A DNA stretch of 64,000 bases from Microthyrium microscopicum. Taxonomy: Eukaryota. How positions within the stretch are numbered: position 1 is the first letter of the stretch; each line of letters opens with the position of its first letter. Where the stretch lies: the NCBI GenBank assembly GCA_010405405.1, contig MU004238.1, positions 1,747,530 through 1,811,529 on the forward strand, in the 5' to 3' direction. Positions 31,695 through 46,300 of this stretch are shown here, piece by piece. A program made the position numbers and the translations under genes. Below the pieces are notes generated by a model. The model saw only the letters and a program-made list of their open reading frames with translations. It ran no database searches and was not told where the DNA came from.

Positions 31695-34441
31695 CTACTT
31701 AACCCTAATGCGTTCAGTTATATATGCCGGAACCCTCAACTGCATCTGCCGTCTGATTTCTCTTAGCGAGCGCTTGACAGCCTTCCCATCCGGCCCAATT
31801 TTCTTGTCTTCAATCTCATCCATCTTCAATCCAATGGGCAGCTCCTGTAAGCCCTTGGTAATGTGCTTCTTATTAGTCTTGGAGCTCGTTGCGAGACGGT
31901 TGCCAAAACGAAGGAATTCGCCGAGCATACCACACATGAAATTGGCCTCGTGGGTTCCTTCAAGCGCTGCAGAGATCTCGGCACGTAATTGTGCAAGTAA
32001 GTCGTCAACGGCATCAATTGGATTGGTCGCAGATGTGGTGAGCCACCCAGTGATGCCGATAGCGTCAACAGTGCAGCTAAGTAGCCGGGCGACTACGGTA
32101 ATAGAGTGGTCAAATGGGCCTTTTTCTTCATCCGCTGAGGTTGAGTCCACATAACGCGACGTCCAGCCACCTTCTGCGAGCTCTATCCGCAATATATGCA
32201 CGAGAAAGATCAGCTCGTGCTGGGTGAGAGCGCTCCGAAGAGCATTGGTGATTGCCGGTCCACCATGTCCATTGAGCGCAGTTAGTGCCCGACTCAGAGC
32301 TTCGCCGCGCATCGGATGATGTTCCTCAAGAGCGTCCAGAGCCATGTCAACATCATCCAATGCATCTTCGACCTGTTGGTCTAGGTCGCTCTCGTCATCA
32401 CCATTTGGTAGGTGCTCATCACCATTTGTGAGGAGGGCCTTGGGAGCAGGAAGATTGGAATTATCGTAGCTCTGAACAATGTGTTTTATACACTGGGCCA
32501 GGTCGTCAATGGGAAGATATGGGTGGTGAGTTATCATGCTGCAGAGTACTCCTAGACTGGGATCGAAGCGGGCGACGGCGGTGATGACGTCCGATGGTTG
32601 GAGGGAGAATATTGGCTCGTCTTGTGGGTATAATCGTAATGCTTGTTCAATCATAGTGTTTGAGAGATGACCTCTGCTGGCAAGCCAGAGAAAAATGTTA
32701 GGAGGGAAGAAGCGGATTGTAAGAGGCGGTGAACCTCCGATTCGAGGCGTTTGCTCGCTTTTCTTGTCAGGTTCGCCGAGTTCAAATATCACTCTCAATA
32801 TGAAAAGGGCTCGCAATTTTGTCCCGCTGAATTCTTCTGCGCCAACTGGCTTGTCAAATGACCATTGCAGCAATGATGCATCAGAATCCACTTGATTCAG
32901 CCAGGAGAATCCCGGATCGGTAGCGAGTTCCCTTTCGAAAGCTTCTGTATCTCCTTTATTGGAGACTTCGATGAGATGCTCACGTTTTGCAGTCCAGCCA
33001 TGACTTTCTTGGTCAGTGAACGGTTGGCCAAGAGATTCTGTGATGTCTGTAGGTATGGTAATGTTCGCTTTAACAGCTCCGTTGGGAACGCCGCGGTTAA
33101 GCGAGTTTAAAAGTTTCGAACTTTTCATTTTGCGTCTCTTGTGGGACGCTCGCGCATTGAATTGTATACCAAGGAGCTCGTTTTCATGCAGCAATATTGC
33201 CATTCCAAGCTTAGGCGAAAAGTGCAAAAGTTGGGTGCAGCTGTGTAGAACAGGAGCGTCAACTCGTTTTCGCTTCTTCCCTAAAGTGAGAAAGTTGGAA
33301 GGGAGAAGATGTCGGTCTTGTACCGAGCTGTATTTCGAGTCATATATCGTAAATGCGGAGTCTGATCCAACGAGATAAAGAGATCCATCTAGAGCGAGAT
33401 GGCCGTCTGAGTCTTGAGTTTCAATTGTCGATATGAGCTCTGGCACGCCTTTTCCAAAGCTGTAGGTGTAGACCTTGGTGTTTAACTTGACATGTAACAG
33501 GCGGCAAATAACGTTCCAAGAACAGGATACAAGCTCTTTTGGGTCACCATGACTAGGAATTGGAGTTGTAAGGGTGATAAGATGCTGTAAAGGGTGCTCA
33601 AAATTATTCGCTACACGGGTGTTTGGCCTTATCACTGACAGTGATATTTGCAGGTTCGTCCGGTCAACATCGTGCCCAACAGAACAGATGATAGTAGCTC
33701 TTGAAAGATTTGCTTCGCTGCCACCAACTATGCCCACAAGTTGACCTGCAAGATCTTCACGATTTTCGAAGAATGTGTCTTTCACAGTTTTTGCGTCGAT
33801 ACAGATAGCGTTGTCAAATTGCTCGGCCCCATTGGAAGGCTCGAGCGAGGCAGTCCATATTAACTGGCTCAAATCGCTAGAGAAGAGTTGAGCTGTACCG
33901 TTTCTTTGGATGAGCAGTATCTCAAAAGAGCTGTGTGTTTTGGCGGGGAGTGAGGTATGAACAGCCTCGAGCGATAAAACAGAGCTCTGTAATGAGATCT
34001 CAGTTTGGAATTTGGTTGCTGCAGTGTCGGGCCCATTTTTGGCGTCCTCGAAGCATAATATTATACTTTCATCGGTGGAGGTGTCTTGAGCAACGACGTA
34101 TGATCTTTGAAGAGTGGCTTTGGATTTTTCAGGATTCGAAATTACTGAGCACGGCTTGGAGAGAAATCGGATCTGCGGGGAGACGGCATGAGAGTATATG
34201 AGGCTGGGAGGTTGGATCTTTTCTGGTGTGTGAGTATGTTTCAAAGAAGTCTTGAGAGTTAAGAATAACTAACATGATAGGTATTCAAGCTATCACCGTC
34301 AACTGCCACAGATACATGAGAGCGCTTGCGTTTTCTCGACTGGGTGAAGGAAGTAACGGGCGCGGCCTGTATGCGACCATTGTCCGAGTCGAATGGTTTA
34401 GGAAGAGTGAGAAGTGAGTAGACTGATTCGATGGTGCTCAT
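31695..34441 (-). CDS. UTP8: U3 snoRNP / SSU processome Utp8-like protein, 2 exons
   Basis: N-terminus MSTIESVYSLLTLPKP...RKRKRSHVSVAVDGDSLNTY and C-terminal Y.TERI resemble Pezizomycotina Utp8 proteins (from recall). 849-codon main exon. Confidence 0.7.
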
Positions 34442-34831
34442 AGTTGCGGAGTAGAGAAGCGCGCCTTAAAAAGCACGCAGTATTCTAGACATGGAGTCTG
34501 ACCGTGATATAGCCAGCCATTTCTGGTAGAAATTTTGAAGTTGAATAAATTTTGGGAAAATCTTGGCAAGCGTGCTGATGGTGGGGCGCTAGAGCTTAGC
34601 TTGGCTTAGTGCCCAGAGTGGAATGCCAAGACTGCCAGATATCACGCTAAGCCCTTTGCAGGCTCTGACCCCAACCGCGTCTCGTCTTCCTCTGGACTGC
34701 TGAGAGTTGTCAAGCAAAACACCATCGTCAAATCTCATCCAACTGCCATATTGCTAGCGCCCCATCCACGCGCACCTCCCCTCTCTACTTCACTGCACAC
34801 CCGCCATTGTCTCTTCTCACCACCCGTCATT

Positions 34832-37569
34832 ATGACGGCTGCCACTGCATCTCCGCCTGGTCCCCCTGATCAGTCGACTGCAAACGTGGCTCAGAAGCGC
34901 AAACTGTCGCAGGCCGATCTAGAGCCAGAAACAAATGGCATTGCCAGCAAATCTCCCACAGAACATGAAAGCGACACTCCTGAGCCTGCTTTGGCGACAC
35001 CAGAACTCAACAGCTTGCTCGCCGATATTCTGATTGTCCTCCAACGGTGCGCTTATCATTTCACATTCCTCTTCGTTAAAGTCATCTAACTTTATCTAGG
35101 CACGATCCAAAACCATCAATATTAGATTATACGTTGCCTGAACACGAAACATCCCAAGAACCGTCCTCAAAAAGAATTCGGCTCTCTGATGAAAGTAACA
35201 CGGCCACTATTTCCGCAAAGGTATCCGGCCAACACTATACCTCCCTCAAAGCACTCGGTCGCGATGTCGACACTGTTTGCGATGTTGTCCTCAAGCCTAT
35301 ACGTGAAAAGCAGTCGGCACTAGTCAATGCTCCATATGGCCGTCAACCTCAACTTCCTGCGGATGACACCAAATACTGGGCTAGTGTGCTGGCTTTTCAA
35401 AAGGTCCTCGGAGGTCTAATATACGCTGCTAAAGACAGCAGCGCATCGAATACTAATGGAGCCAACCTGAAAGGTCTGACAAATGGCATCAAGACTGAGA
35501 CGACTGATGTCACTGAGCTTCCAGCCTCGAATCAGGTATTGACCATCTATGCCGGTGCTCAAGCACCTCGTCAACTGTTCTCCAGTTTTCAAAAGCCTCT
35601 TCACGTCAATGGTGAAGAGATTTCTGAATCCAACGAACTCGACTCTTCCGTGAATGTCACACTACCTCTCCGAGAGGCGGCTCTTCCAGGTTTTCTCACT
35701 GTGTCCAATATTGCGGATTTCTCCAAGGCTGCACAAGGCTCAGCTTCCAACAAGAACCGCAAGTTTGGCGAGAGATTTATACCGCCACGTCAGCTACCTA
35801 CGCTACAAGTTCCAAAGCCTAACAACAGACTCCTCACCAAGGGCAACAATGTCTCATGGATTCCTCACCGGGATTTGGCCAAACCGAGCAGTCAACATCG
35901 GCCTACATATAACTGGGCAAGCATGAAGCAACTCAGCGGAAAGTGGCTTAGTTATAATGGCTTGGATTCTTCTAAAGACCCTAATTCGCCAGAAGCGAAG
36001 CGACGGCAGCGCGAGCGTGCCTTGAGTACTGGCGCATCCTTTGTACCTCAAACGGAAGAAACGCGACTGGCCGAAGAAGAAGCAAAAGAAGATGCCCTGT
36101 TCCGCAGTGTGTTTTCAAGTTTTGCACCAAGTGTGGACAACAGTAGTGTTGTTGTGCCAGACCAGGTCCGAAACGAAATCTGGTGGGCAAAGACAGGTCG
36201 CTATCGAGCCGAGAAACTCTTCATCGATCCCCTTCTGTTAGGTGAAGACGATCAACTGGACGGAGAAGCTGATCAAGTTGAAATTGATGAAGAACTCATT
36301 GAAGAGGCCTTGAAGACTTACGAGCCAGAAGTCCTCGAATCAGGCAAGACCGAAGACGAAGAGCAAGACGAGGTTGATAAAAGACTCCAGGACATTACTG
36401 AACTTATCGACACCCTGTATTCACAACAAAAGATTCGACTTTCGCAATTACCGTCAACTTCTACTCCGATCACTCCAGTAGGTCAACGACCGTCACTTTC
36501 TGAAACGATTGGTACTCCAACAACTCCCTCTGCGTCGGAAATGAAAACCTTCAAAGATCTCAAAACTCGATTGGCAATGTTGATTCTTGATCTCCCGCCT
36601 TATGTAGTTGCCAGAGTTGATGGCGATAAACTAAATGACTTGGCTGTCTCCACGGAAATGATTATGGAAGCAGATAATGATCGGGGAATTCTTGAAGACG
36701 ACACACCCATACCCACACCAAAGCATGTTGCCCATGCCTCGCATCAGCCGACATCAATCACGCCTAGGCCTACTGCTCCAAACTCCTACGGCAATCTTCC
36801 TGCAGCCAACCAATACAATCGCACTGCGCAGGCTCCGATTGCTGGGAGAACAAACTCGTCCTACTACCCACAACAGCAAGCGCAAACACCTCGAACACCA
36901 GCTGTTAATTACGCTCGTCCTGGTGCTCAGACATATGCGGCAGGATATCCATCCACAGGACAGCGTGCGGGCTATGGACCTCCATCGTACAATGCCTCGA
37001 ATCGTCAAAGCTTCAATCAGCAGCCAATCTACCCACAAGGCCAACAACCTATCGCCGCTGCCCGAGGCTCACAGTACAACAGCTTTTATAACAACAATGC
37101 CGCAACTCCAGGCAGTGCCCGCACTTTTCAGCAAACTCCAACACAGGGCTACGCTACCCGGCCAGCCCAACAAGGATATAGCTATAATCAGGGCACTCCT
37201 ATCCAACAACGAACAGCCTCACCGATGCAGGCAGCTGCAGCTGCAAGTCCAGGGCAATATACACGCCCAACTTCTGGCCAGGGGAGTCGAGCGCAGTTTT
37301 ACACTCCTCAAGGTCCTGCACCCATCGGTCCAACTGGCTATCACTCAACCATGAGCAACCAGGAACAGCAAATGCTCATGGAACGCCAACAGCAACGTGC
37401 AGCGCAACAGGCAGTTCATCAACAACACAGCAGGATATCGGCTATGGGACCGACGTCCCATCTGCCAAGTGCTAATAGCCCGGCGGGGGGCAACTATCTC
37501 ACACCTACTCGAACACTGTCCAATACTCCACAACCTGCGGTGCAGACGAATGGGGCCCCGAGTGCTTAG
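34832..37569 (+). CDS. Nuclear protein, Rsc58/BRD7-like chromatin-remodelling subunit candidate with Q/P/Y-rich tail, 2 exons
   Basis: NLS-like KRK, block WLSY....LFRSVFSSFAPSVDNS, low-complexity C-terminus. Intron about 35047-35099. Confidence 0.65.
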
Positions 37570-38205
37570 AAAGCTCCCGGGCACCAGAAGTCTAGGCAAA
37601 GAATAGTTGTGGGTAGTAGCCCTTTGTGGTATGAAGGTTGAATATCAGTTTGGACAAAAGCATCTTGATATTTTTGCGGGGTGCATGAGCGCTGTACTTG
37701 TAATTGTAGTGTATCTTTATAGAGCGCAGGAGCATAGACTTGGGATAGAAAGCTATAGTACTCTTTGATTAACAAACGCTTTTCGTCCAACTACAAGTAC
37801 TTATTTTAAGGTGTACTTCTGAGTCTCAAGGAAGCAATATAGATAAGGTCAGATTCGTAGTCGAAAAAGTGACAGCTTGGGAGCACTTTGATAGGCCTGC
37901 ACAATCGCGACAGGGTAGCTTTGCTAGCGCGGTGGCAAGGATTGTTCGCGACGTGCACGCGACGACGCATTTACCAACCACCACCCTCTTCAATTAATCT
38001 TCCACTTTGGGCCATCTACTACTTCTATATTCCTCCGTTTCTGCTCTCCCACTCTTGTGCTTTCTATTGCTTCTGCTCGTGCTTGCCTTTTTAGCCTTGA
38101 GCTCGAGGTTGTAGCCCATTCTGGACTGGCCACGTGCTGATAACCTGAACTTTCACTATTCGCCCGCCCGTTCTCGCCATATCAGGATCTTTCCGCAACG
38201 CAACA

Positions 38206-40275
38206 ATGGAAGATCCGGCCATTCAAGCAGATGTATTGCAGGATATGCCGCCGCCTAGCAATGTGCCATTGAGTCCTCCAAGCTCACGGCGGCAGTCCAA
38301 ACCAAAGCGTCCCCCGCCAATAACACCTAAGAGATTCACACGGTTCTTCACCCCTCGATCAACCAATGGCTGGAAACCTTCGTCAACTTCAAGATCTGCT
38401 CGACAACTTCGAGACATTACCAAATCTGGTGCTAACCGCGGCCATTTCAGTCGTTCTTCACGCAAGAAGTCTGCTCTGGGTCGAGAAAATGTTCCTTTGG
38501 GGCCTGTCACACCCGAAACGACACCACGAAAACGAAAATTGACTCCTAATCAATCCTCGCCATTTTTGCATTCTTCACCAAGCAAGCGAGTTCGTATTGT
38601 TGCTACTCAGGACATTGAGATTCCAAGCAGTCCTCCGGTTCCGGTCTCGATTGCTGAAGAAGTTATCTTTGAAGATATCGAATCCTCATCATCGAATCGT
38701 CCTTCACCTGAGCCTGTGCCATGTCTTCCTCTCAGAAGATTGAAACGATCGGGTGCAAATGTTCGGCTTGTCGAGCGCTCCTTCGGTGGCTATGACAATG
38801 GATCGGCTGGCTTTAATCGGTTAGGTTGGGCAGGTAAGATTGATGAACACCACGTCCATTGGCATTATTAACCACTCGTAGATCCCGAATTCAAAACGAG
38901 CAATTTTTACTCAACTAAGAAGGACCATGCTTTCTTGTATCGTCCTCACCTTCCTTTCTGTATCACAGCATGCAATACCGACAACCTTGTGGCAACTGGT
39001 ACAGAGGGTGGTGCAGTAAGGCTCTTTAACACCACTAGTGGTATTAATATGGCTGAGGAGGGTGTGGGTGAGATCCTACGATTCTCACCGCACGAGAACG
39101 CCATCATGGACCTCCAATTCTCGGAAGATGACATGATCTTGGCAAGCTGTGGTGGAGATCAAACTGCTCGGTTGACTGACATGCCTACTCAGCGAACCAA
39201 AGCAGTCTTCAAGCTACACCAGTCATCCGTTAAACAAGTGCGATTTCAACCTGGCGACAACAACATTCTTGCAACTTGTTGTCGAGACGGAGTTGTCGCT
39301 CTTTGGGATAGTCGCTGTCGAGGCACAGAGGGGTCTGTAATGAGTATCGTTACAGACTTGACCACGAAAGCAAACACCGAAATCAACAACAACGCTCGGT
39401 GGTATTTTGATCCACAGCATATCATCAATAAAGCCCACACCAACCGCCCATCCCTCGCAGCTGCCCAGTCAAAGGAGTCTGATACTAGCACGTCCGTGAC
39501 AGCACTAAGCTTCCTCTCCGCTGCGCGCAGCCACATCCTTCTCACCGCCTCAGAAGCCAATACATCCGTCAAAGTATGGGACATCCGAAGTCGTTACTCC
39601 CGACGCTCTTCCGCACTATCAATACCACTAGCATCAACCGAAATACCCCTATCCCACCGCCGCTCACGGAACTATGGTATAACATCACTAGCCCTGGACT
39701 CGCAATGCTCGCGCCTCTACGCCCTCTCCCGTGATAGCACCCTCTATTGCTACTCCATTAATCACCTCATTCTCGGCCAAGCGCCAGAACTCGGCCTCAC
39801 CAAGAACCAAAAGAACCGCTTCAGCGACGAACGTCAAGGTCTCGGACCGCTCTACGGTCTCCGTTCTTCAAAGATGCGCGTTTCCTCCTTCTTCGTCAAA
39901 TGCGCTCTTCGCAAACCAAAAGACGACAAACCAGAGCTCATTGCATGCGGTGGCGGCGATAGCATGCCCGTACTCTTCGCCACTTCAGAACGCGATCTAC
40001 CTGCACCACAAACGAGCGCTGACAGCGGCTGTCCAATCTATACGACAGGCACGCCATTAGCTAGAGGTCATCAAAGTGAGGTGACGTCGCTGGCGTGGAC
40101 GACGGAGGGGAACTTGGTATCAGCAAGCGATGACTTTACAGTACGCTGTTGGCGCGAGGATGCAGAAGAGGCCCGCAAGTTAAGGTCGTATGCTAAGGAG
40201 CCGGGCTGGCGGGCGGAGACGGAGCGCGCTGGCTGGGCGCAAGTCAAGGAGAGTTTGGACGAGGATGATGAATGA
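38206..40275 (+). CDS. CDT2: WD40 CRL4 substrate receptor Cdt2/DTL-like, 2 exons
   Basis: PHENAIMDLQFS.DD.ILASCGGDQT, HQSSVKQV, TCCRDG.V.LWD.R, VKVWDIR, SSFFVK, GHQSEVTSLAW, SDDFTVRCW. S/TP-rich N-terminus. Intron about 38834-38881. Confidence 0.85.
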
Positions 40276-40706
40276 ACGATTTGTTGTCCTATTTGGTGTC
40301 TTAGTTGGTGCTTCGATACCCCTGAATTGATAGCGTATATGCATAGCTTTGTATTAGCATAAAATTACAAGCGAACTATCCCTTTCCAATCAATCTGATT
40401 GTTTACCTTGCCTCGGTGGTTCTCAAGAACTCTTCACATGCAGTCCTCTTGCTTCTGACAATAGTTTCACAACCTCGTTCGATAATCAATGGGAAATAAC
40501 CATTGCTTAATGAACAATAGCATATGGTGTGATAGACATCGTACCTGATACGAGCGTGCTGATTATTTTGTCACCTGGTTTTGTATCAACGATTCACAGC
40601 AACGACATGAGTAAGGTATCACTACAAGTGCTATATTGCATATATCATTAGGATACAGACTCGAGTTCCCAAATCTCTTTCCATCGTACTTATGTGTAAC
40701 TAGCTT

Positions 40707-41357
40707 CTATTGAAACACACTCGAAGTCTCCTGTCCCGTCGCCTTGCCCTTCTGATATGTGTCCGAGAGCTCATTATACATTTCCTTCAACCTCTTAATC
40801 TCCCCCATCCACTTCTCCCTCTCCTTCTCATCCTCAATCCCACTAACCACATCCGCCACACTCTTCGCCTCAAAGAACTTATTCTTGCGATTATACAAAC
40901 TCCTCTTCTCAAACTGTTGCTCCGTCTCGCCCTCCGCTTTCACACGATAAACCTCCTGCAAGATATCGATGTCATATGGAATGCCAAACAGATCCCTACT
41001 ATCCTCATACGTAAATAGGTAGTAGAATTCGTTGAAGCCAGACCAGGTGATCCCGCTCAAACACAGACTACATGGCTCGTGAGTCGCAAAGAATACACAG
41101 TCTTTTGTGGCTGGCCTCCCCTCTTTTGGGGAGGCGAAGAAAGTTTGGATGCAGTTAATTTCGCCGTGGAGGAGCGGTGAGTCGCGCTCGTTGTTGGTGG
41201 CGACGGTGATGGGGCTGAGGTCTGATTTGGAGAGGATGGCGGCGCCGAAGAGTTTGGAGCCGGAGGACACTTGGGCGCGGGTGAGGGGGACGATGGAGTT
41301 CTCGGTTGTCGAGAGGAGAGCGGAGACGAGTATTTCGGGGGTGTGGGATGCTGACAT
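40707..41357 (-). CDS. Cytidine/nucleoside deaminase-family zinc protein
   Basis: FGAAIL, SPLLHGEINC, THEPCSLCLSGI (HxE...PCxxC). Confidence 0.92.
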   Translation of the reverse strand: MSASHTPEILVSALLSTTENSIVPLTRAQVSSGSKLFGAAILSKSDLSPITVATNNERDSPLLHGEINCIQTFFASPKEGRPATKDCVFFATHEPCSLCLSGITWSGFNEFYYLFTYEDSRDLFGIPYDIDILQEVYRVKAEGETEQQFEKRSLYNRKNKFFEAKSVADVVSGIEDEKEREKWMGEIKRLKEMYNELSDTYQKGKATGQETSSVFQ

Positions 41358-43341
41358 TTTTGGAAGTTTGAATAGTTTGTGATGAGTTGTTTTGAGAATG
41401 GTGAAGTCAAGTATTGTGATACTCTAGAGTACTTATTGCGTTGTAGGTACTAATGGTTTTGTGAAATTGGTTATGGGGTTGGTGTTGTGGAGGTGCGGTT
41501 TTACCGTTTTCCTGGAGGTTTGATGCGATATATATATACACAGGAGCTTCATGAGAAAAAAGTAAACAGAGTTATCATATATGGGGAAAGATAAGAGCTT
41601 CGACGAACGAGAAGAGAGCAAGCGATTTCTGGCATCGAATGTTCAAATCGGGGGTCGCCGACAGGCTGGAAGTGGCCGAAAGCTTCGAGTAGTTAAAAGA
41701 GCTGTGAGAGCAACATAACCAAAGTTGGGTATCTGAATAGAGATTGACAAGGCTCTTCGCTTGATAAGGAGATGATCTAGATCCGTTTGTTCCTCGGTAC
41801 GACATTTACTTTGGACATGCTTTGCCTAGAATCATTGCCTTGACCTTGGGTAGAGTATCTATTCGAGAAGTTGCTCTAATCTTCATAAGCTTCGAGGCCA
41901 ATATCTACACAGCAACTAACCGTGGGATAGTACTGCGATAGGGATGAGACATGATACTAGAAACAACAATCTGATACATGGTACAGCTTTCTTAATATCA
42001 AACACTTTTGATCCAGAGATGTCGCCAGTCTGAGCACTTGAAAGAATGACTGATATAAGCAGGCTGTTTTCGCTTCTCACGATCAACTACAAAATCTCGC
42101 TCCCACCTTAATTCAACTCCGATAACTCTTGAGGAGCATGTTTGCGGTTCTTCATACTGCACGCACGCCAATTCGGTCTCAGCGCATCAGCACAAGCATC
42201 CCTTCATGCGTAACACTTCGCTAGCCAAGCAGTATTCGAGTTATTCTATCTTAGTTGCTCGCTGGACTTGTTCATTTCAGGACGATTTGCGAATATATTG
42301 GGCATGAGTGCACCCAGTCGTCAAAAGCCGCTTTATAGCATGTTCGGTGTCTAAACAGCGATTGTTAGCTTCTAGGGCTTTGAACAATAGTCTTAGGAAT
42401 GGTGGACTTACCTCAATGGTCTTATGGTTCTCCTGCTTGGTGATACCGCCTCTTACCTCCTGCCGCAGGCTGCCTGTGAGCACGATGAAAGTTGTAGCTC
42501 TTAGCGGTCGCACAGGTACTGGTCATAGGGTGTCATCGTAAGCACTGGCAGTAAGACCCTAGTTCATCGACTGAATGATCCATCGTCACCTCAAGAAAGG
42601 CGCATTTATCGTATGATGGGAAGAAAGTAATGTTGGTGGTGGTGAGATGGATCAAGAAGAGCGAAGGTACGCACGGTCTTTTTGACATCGCGACTTCATC
42701 TGTTGCTTTCCCAACCTCCCTGATATTTTATGCAAGTCGCAACAACATTCTCCGTGATGTTCACAATCAATTGAAGAACTTGGAGACTACGCGCTTTGAA
42801 TGCAACCGTGTTAAAGCTACATCAAGCCAATACCTATTTGTCGCGAAAGATTCGCGCTGTGCTAGGTCATCAGGAATCCCTCCTCCCCTTCATTATACAT
42901 TGTGTCTACCGTCTCGAAGTAATTTTCAAATCATCTCAAGGTAGGTAAGCGTCGAAAGAGCACGTAGAAAAGTTTAAACATGCCCGGCAATGGAAAGCAG
43001 GGTACAGCGAGGAGCGAGGTACGAAAAATTGTACTAAAACGGACACTGCATAATCCGCATAATCCTCCAATCCGCTTCGGCTCATCGAAACATTTCTTAG
43101 TGTAACTGGAAGATTGCTCGGCGATTGACTCGTATCGGCCCCCCCTCATGTGCATTTTGCTCAAAATGTATTGGAAATCAATCTAATGTTCCACGATCTG
43201 CTTATGTTCCACCGCTATTCAGCAGCCTAGTAGGATTCATCCTTCGTTGCAGGGGTTCGATATTGTCATACTGAACCGAGAGTTAACCTCCAGGCAATAG
43301 CTTTGTTGACAAGACTTCAACTCTTTGTCTTCCTCAAGAAT

Positions 43342-46300
43342 ATGGAGATATATCGTAAGTGCAGCCTCAATGAGGACAAGAAATTCGGGCCAGTTCTGAA
43401 TTGTGATGGAATCGATTTCACTCTCACTTTCGAGCAAAGCATTTTCGCACTTGGCGTGTCTGTTATTTTTCTCGTGTTTCTACCTTTACAATTGAGACAG
43501 CTAGTTCGACTGGAGGAAAAAACCTGCGCGAACTTTCTCTACAAATCCAAGATTGTAAGTACAGTCCGAAGCGATGATTGCAAGGCAAGCTAATGATTTA
43601 GGCTCTTGCTGCAGTAGACCTTGTCTTGCAAATCTCTTTGCTTGTTTATTGGGTTCAAAATCCATTGACTAGTGTTTCTATCGCGGCATCATGTCTAGGC
43701 GTTGCAGCTGCCTCCGGTCTTGTGGTTCTCATATCTGTCGAACATACGAGATCTATTCGGCCTTCAACCATAGGCACAACCTATCTGATCTGTTCAATTC
43801 TTGCCACCTTAGTTCAGGTCAAAAGTCTTCACCATAGGTTCAATGTTCCTATCATACTTCACCTTCTTTTCGCAAGCACGCTGGACAAGACTCTCATCCT
43901 AGTGTTGGAACAATTCCGAAAAGAACGCATCTTGAAACTAGACCGGGATTACTCCCCAGAAGAATCAAGTGGAATTTTGAATCGGCTAATCTTCCTCTGG
44001 GTGGTTCCCTTATTCCGGAAAGGTTATCAAACAATTCTTTCCCAAGATGATATGTATATCTTGGACCAGAAATTGACAACAGAGAAACAACGTGATGGAA
44101 TCGTTATATGGTGGGCTAAATGTAAGCTTAATGGCTTTTTTACCTATGTGTATTCTTACATCCTCACAGACAAGACGGAGACTTCCTATCCGTTGGTCAG
44201 AGCGCTTTTTGGTATGCTGATTTGGGAGTATCTCGGTGCCATGCCTGCGCAGATGGTGAAGATCACTCTGGTCTACGCTCAAACCTTTGTGATGGCGGCA
44301 GCGATCAGCTATCTAGAAATCCCAGCTGAGCAAAGGGATCCGCAATACGCATATGCATTGATCGCAGCTACAGCTCTGAGCTTCTTTGGCTCTATGGTAA
44401 GCATCACCACAAGTTGACCATGCGAGAACATCACTAACAAATGATGATAAGTTTGCTGACATTGTGTTCCGCCACAAACTCAATCGCGTAGAAGTCATGA
44501 TACGTGGAGCGCTTTGTTCTCTTGTCTATGACAGTGCGTTGTCTACCAAGACGGGCGACGATGAGTTGGCCGCTGTTACACTGACATCAAACGATATCGA
44601 CACAATCATCAACAATATCGAGCCAATCTGGGGCATCCCTTCCTCGCTGATCACTGCATCCATCGGAATATACCTGCTCTGGTCAAGAATGGGCCCAATC
44701 TCTTTCGCGCCAATCGTGATGCTAATCATCAGTTTCTTCATACAGAGATGGATAGGCATAACACTAAGCAAGAGAAGAGTAAGTTTATCCTAAACGAGAT
44801 TATCAACTCTCAAGCGGCGGCTGTTTCAAAGCATATCGTAGATGCGAAATATCTGATTCAAAATTAAGCTTCCTTGGTAGTTTTTGACTGCTAACTTCCA
44901 TTAGGCTATCTGGACCAAGGCGATCCAAAAACGAGTCGGTTTGACTACAAATATCCTGAGATCAATGAAAGGCGTCAAGATGTCCGGCTTGGTTGACACG
45001 GCAGCCAATCTAATTCAGGCAGAAAGGATTCACGAGTTAAGCCTTGGAACCCGTACACGTTGGTTCATCGTCTGGATGAACGGTTTCGGTAAGTCTTTAC
45101 CGCTATATTTGACTGTCAATTAACAGCCACTCAAGCCCAATTGCCATCTGCTATCGGCCCATTTCTAGTCTTTGCCGGTTACGCCATTCAAGCCAAAGTG
45201 ACCGGTGGTCCTCCACTGTCGACTTCTCAAGCGTTTGCATCTTTAGCTCTGATAAGCATTTTGTCCGGCCCGTCGGCAATGCTGCTGTATTCGTTCCCTC
45301 TAATGTTGTCAACCAAAAGCTCATTTGATCGTATTACAACATTTCTGCAAAAAGATCGTTATGAGGACCATAGGCCACTTATTGATGGAAATTTGCAACA
45401 ACCCAGTGATAGTAGTAATGCTATTGAGTTTAAAGAGGTAGTTCTGGATCTCAAGTCGGCTTTCGAGCCGACGCCAATTGATTTCGTTCTCCCGAAAGGC
45501 TCTGTAACAATGATATCAGGCCCTGTGGGAAGTGGTAAGTCAACCCTGCTCAAAGCACTACTTGGGGAGATTCACCCCAAGGCCGGCCGAATCAGTATCT
45601 CGACCCCATACATGGGCTATTGCGCTCAAACCCCTTGGCTCCAAAATACGACAGTCAAGAAGAACATTGTTGGGCACGGAGATATTGATGAAGAATGGTA
45701 TCGGCACATTCTCGATGTCTGTAATCTAAAACCAGATATTTCTCAAATGCCCAAGGATGATGAGACATTGTTAGGCAGTCGCGGTATATCTGTCTCTGGT
45801 GGACAAAAGCATCGCATCGTAAGTTCTGTTTCAAGTCTACTCACAGTAATACTAACCAAACCTAGGCTCTCGCGCGTGCTTTATACTCAAGGTGTTCGAT
45901 ATTGATCCTGGACGACCTATTCAGCAGCCTTGATCGAAAAACACAGTCCATCATTGCCAATAAGCTGTTTTCGAGTGGAGGGCATGTGGAAACCCACAAG
46001 TTAACAGTGCTGTTCACTACTCATTCAGGTACGTCCATTACGTAAACCAAGTCTACAGATGTGGTCCTAACTTTTGAAGCTGCTCTAGCAAGCTTCTCTT
46101 CTCAAATGCTAGTTCTATCTGAAGGAGCTTCGCTAGCATTTGTCGGACTCACAAAAGACTGGCTTAAGGAGAAACAAACTCACTCAAATCTGGCCTTGCC
46201 AGAAGAAGAGCCAGAGACTGACGACAAAACCGATAATGATACAAAGGAGCCCGCTGCTTTACCGCCTCCTGTTGCGAAAGTTGAAGATCTATCTAGACAG

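Noticed and set aside
41400..43340. 2-kb gap with several short ORFs as a hidden gene or transposon relic
   Set aside because: No recognisable domain, terminal repeats or strong AT-rich RIP signature. Most simply the divergent promoter region of the deaminase and ABC transporter.
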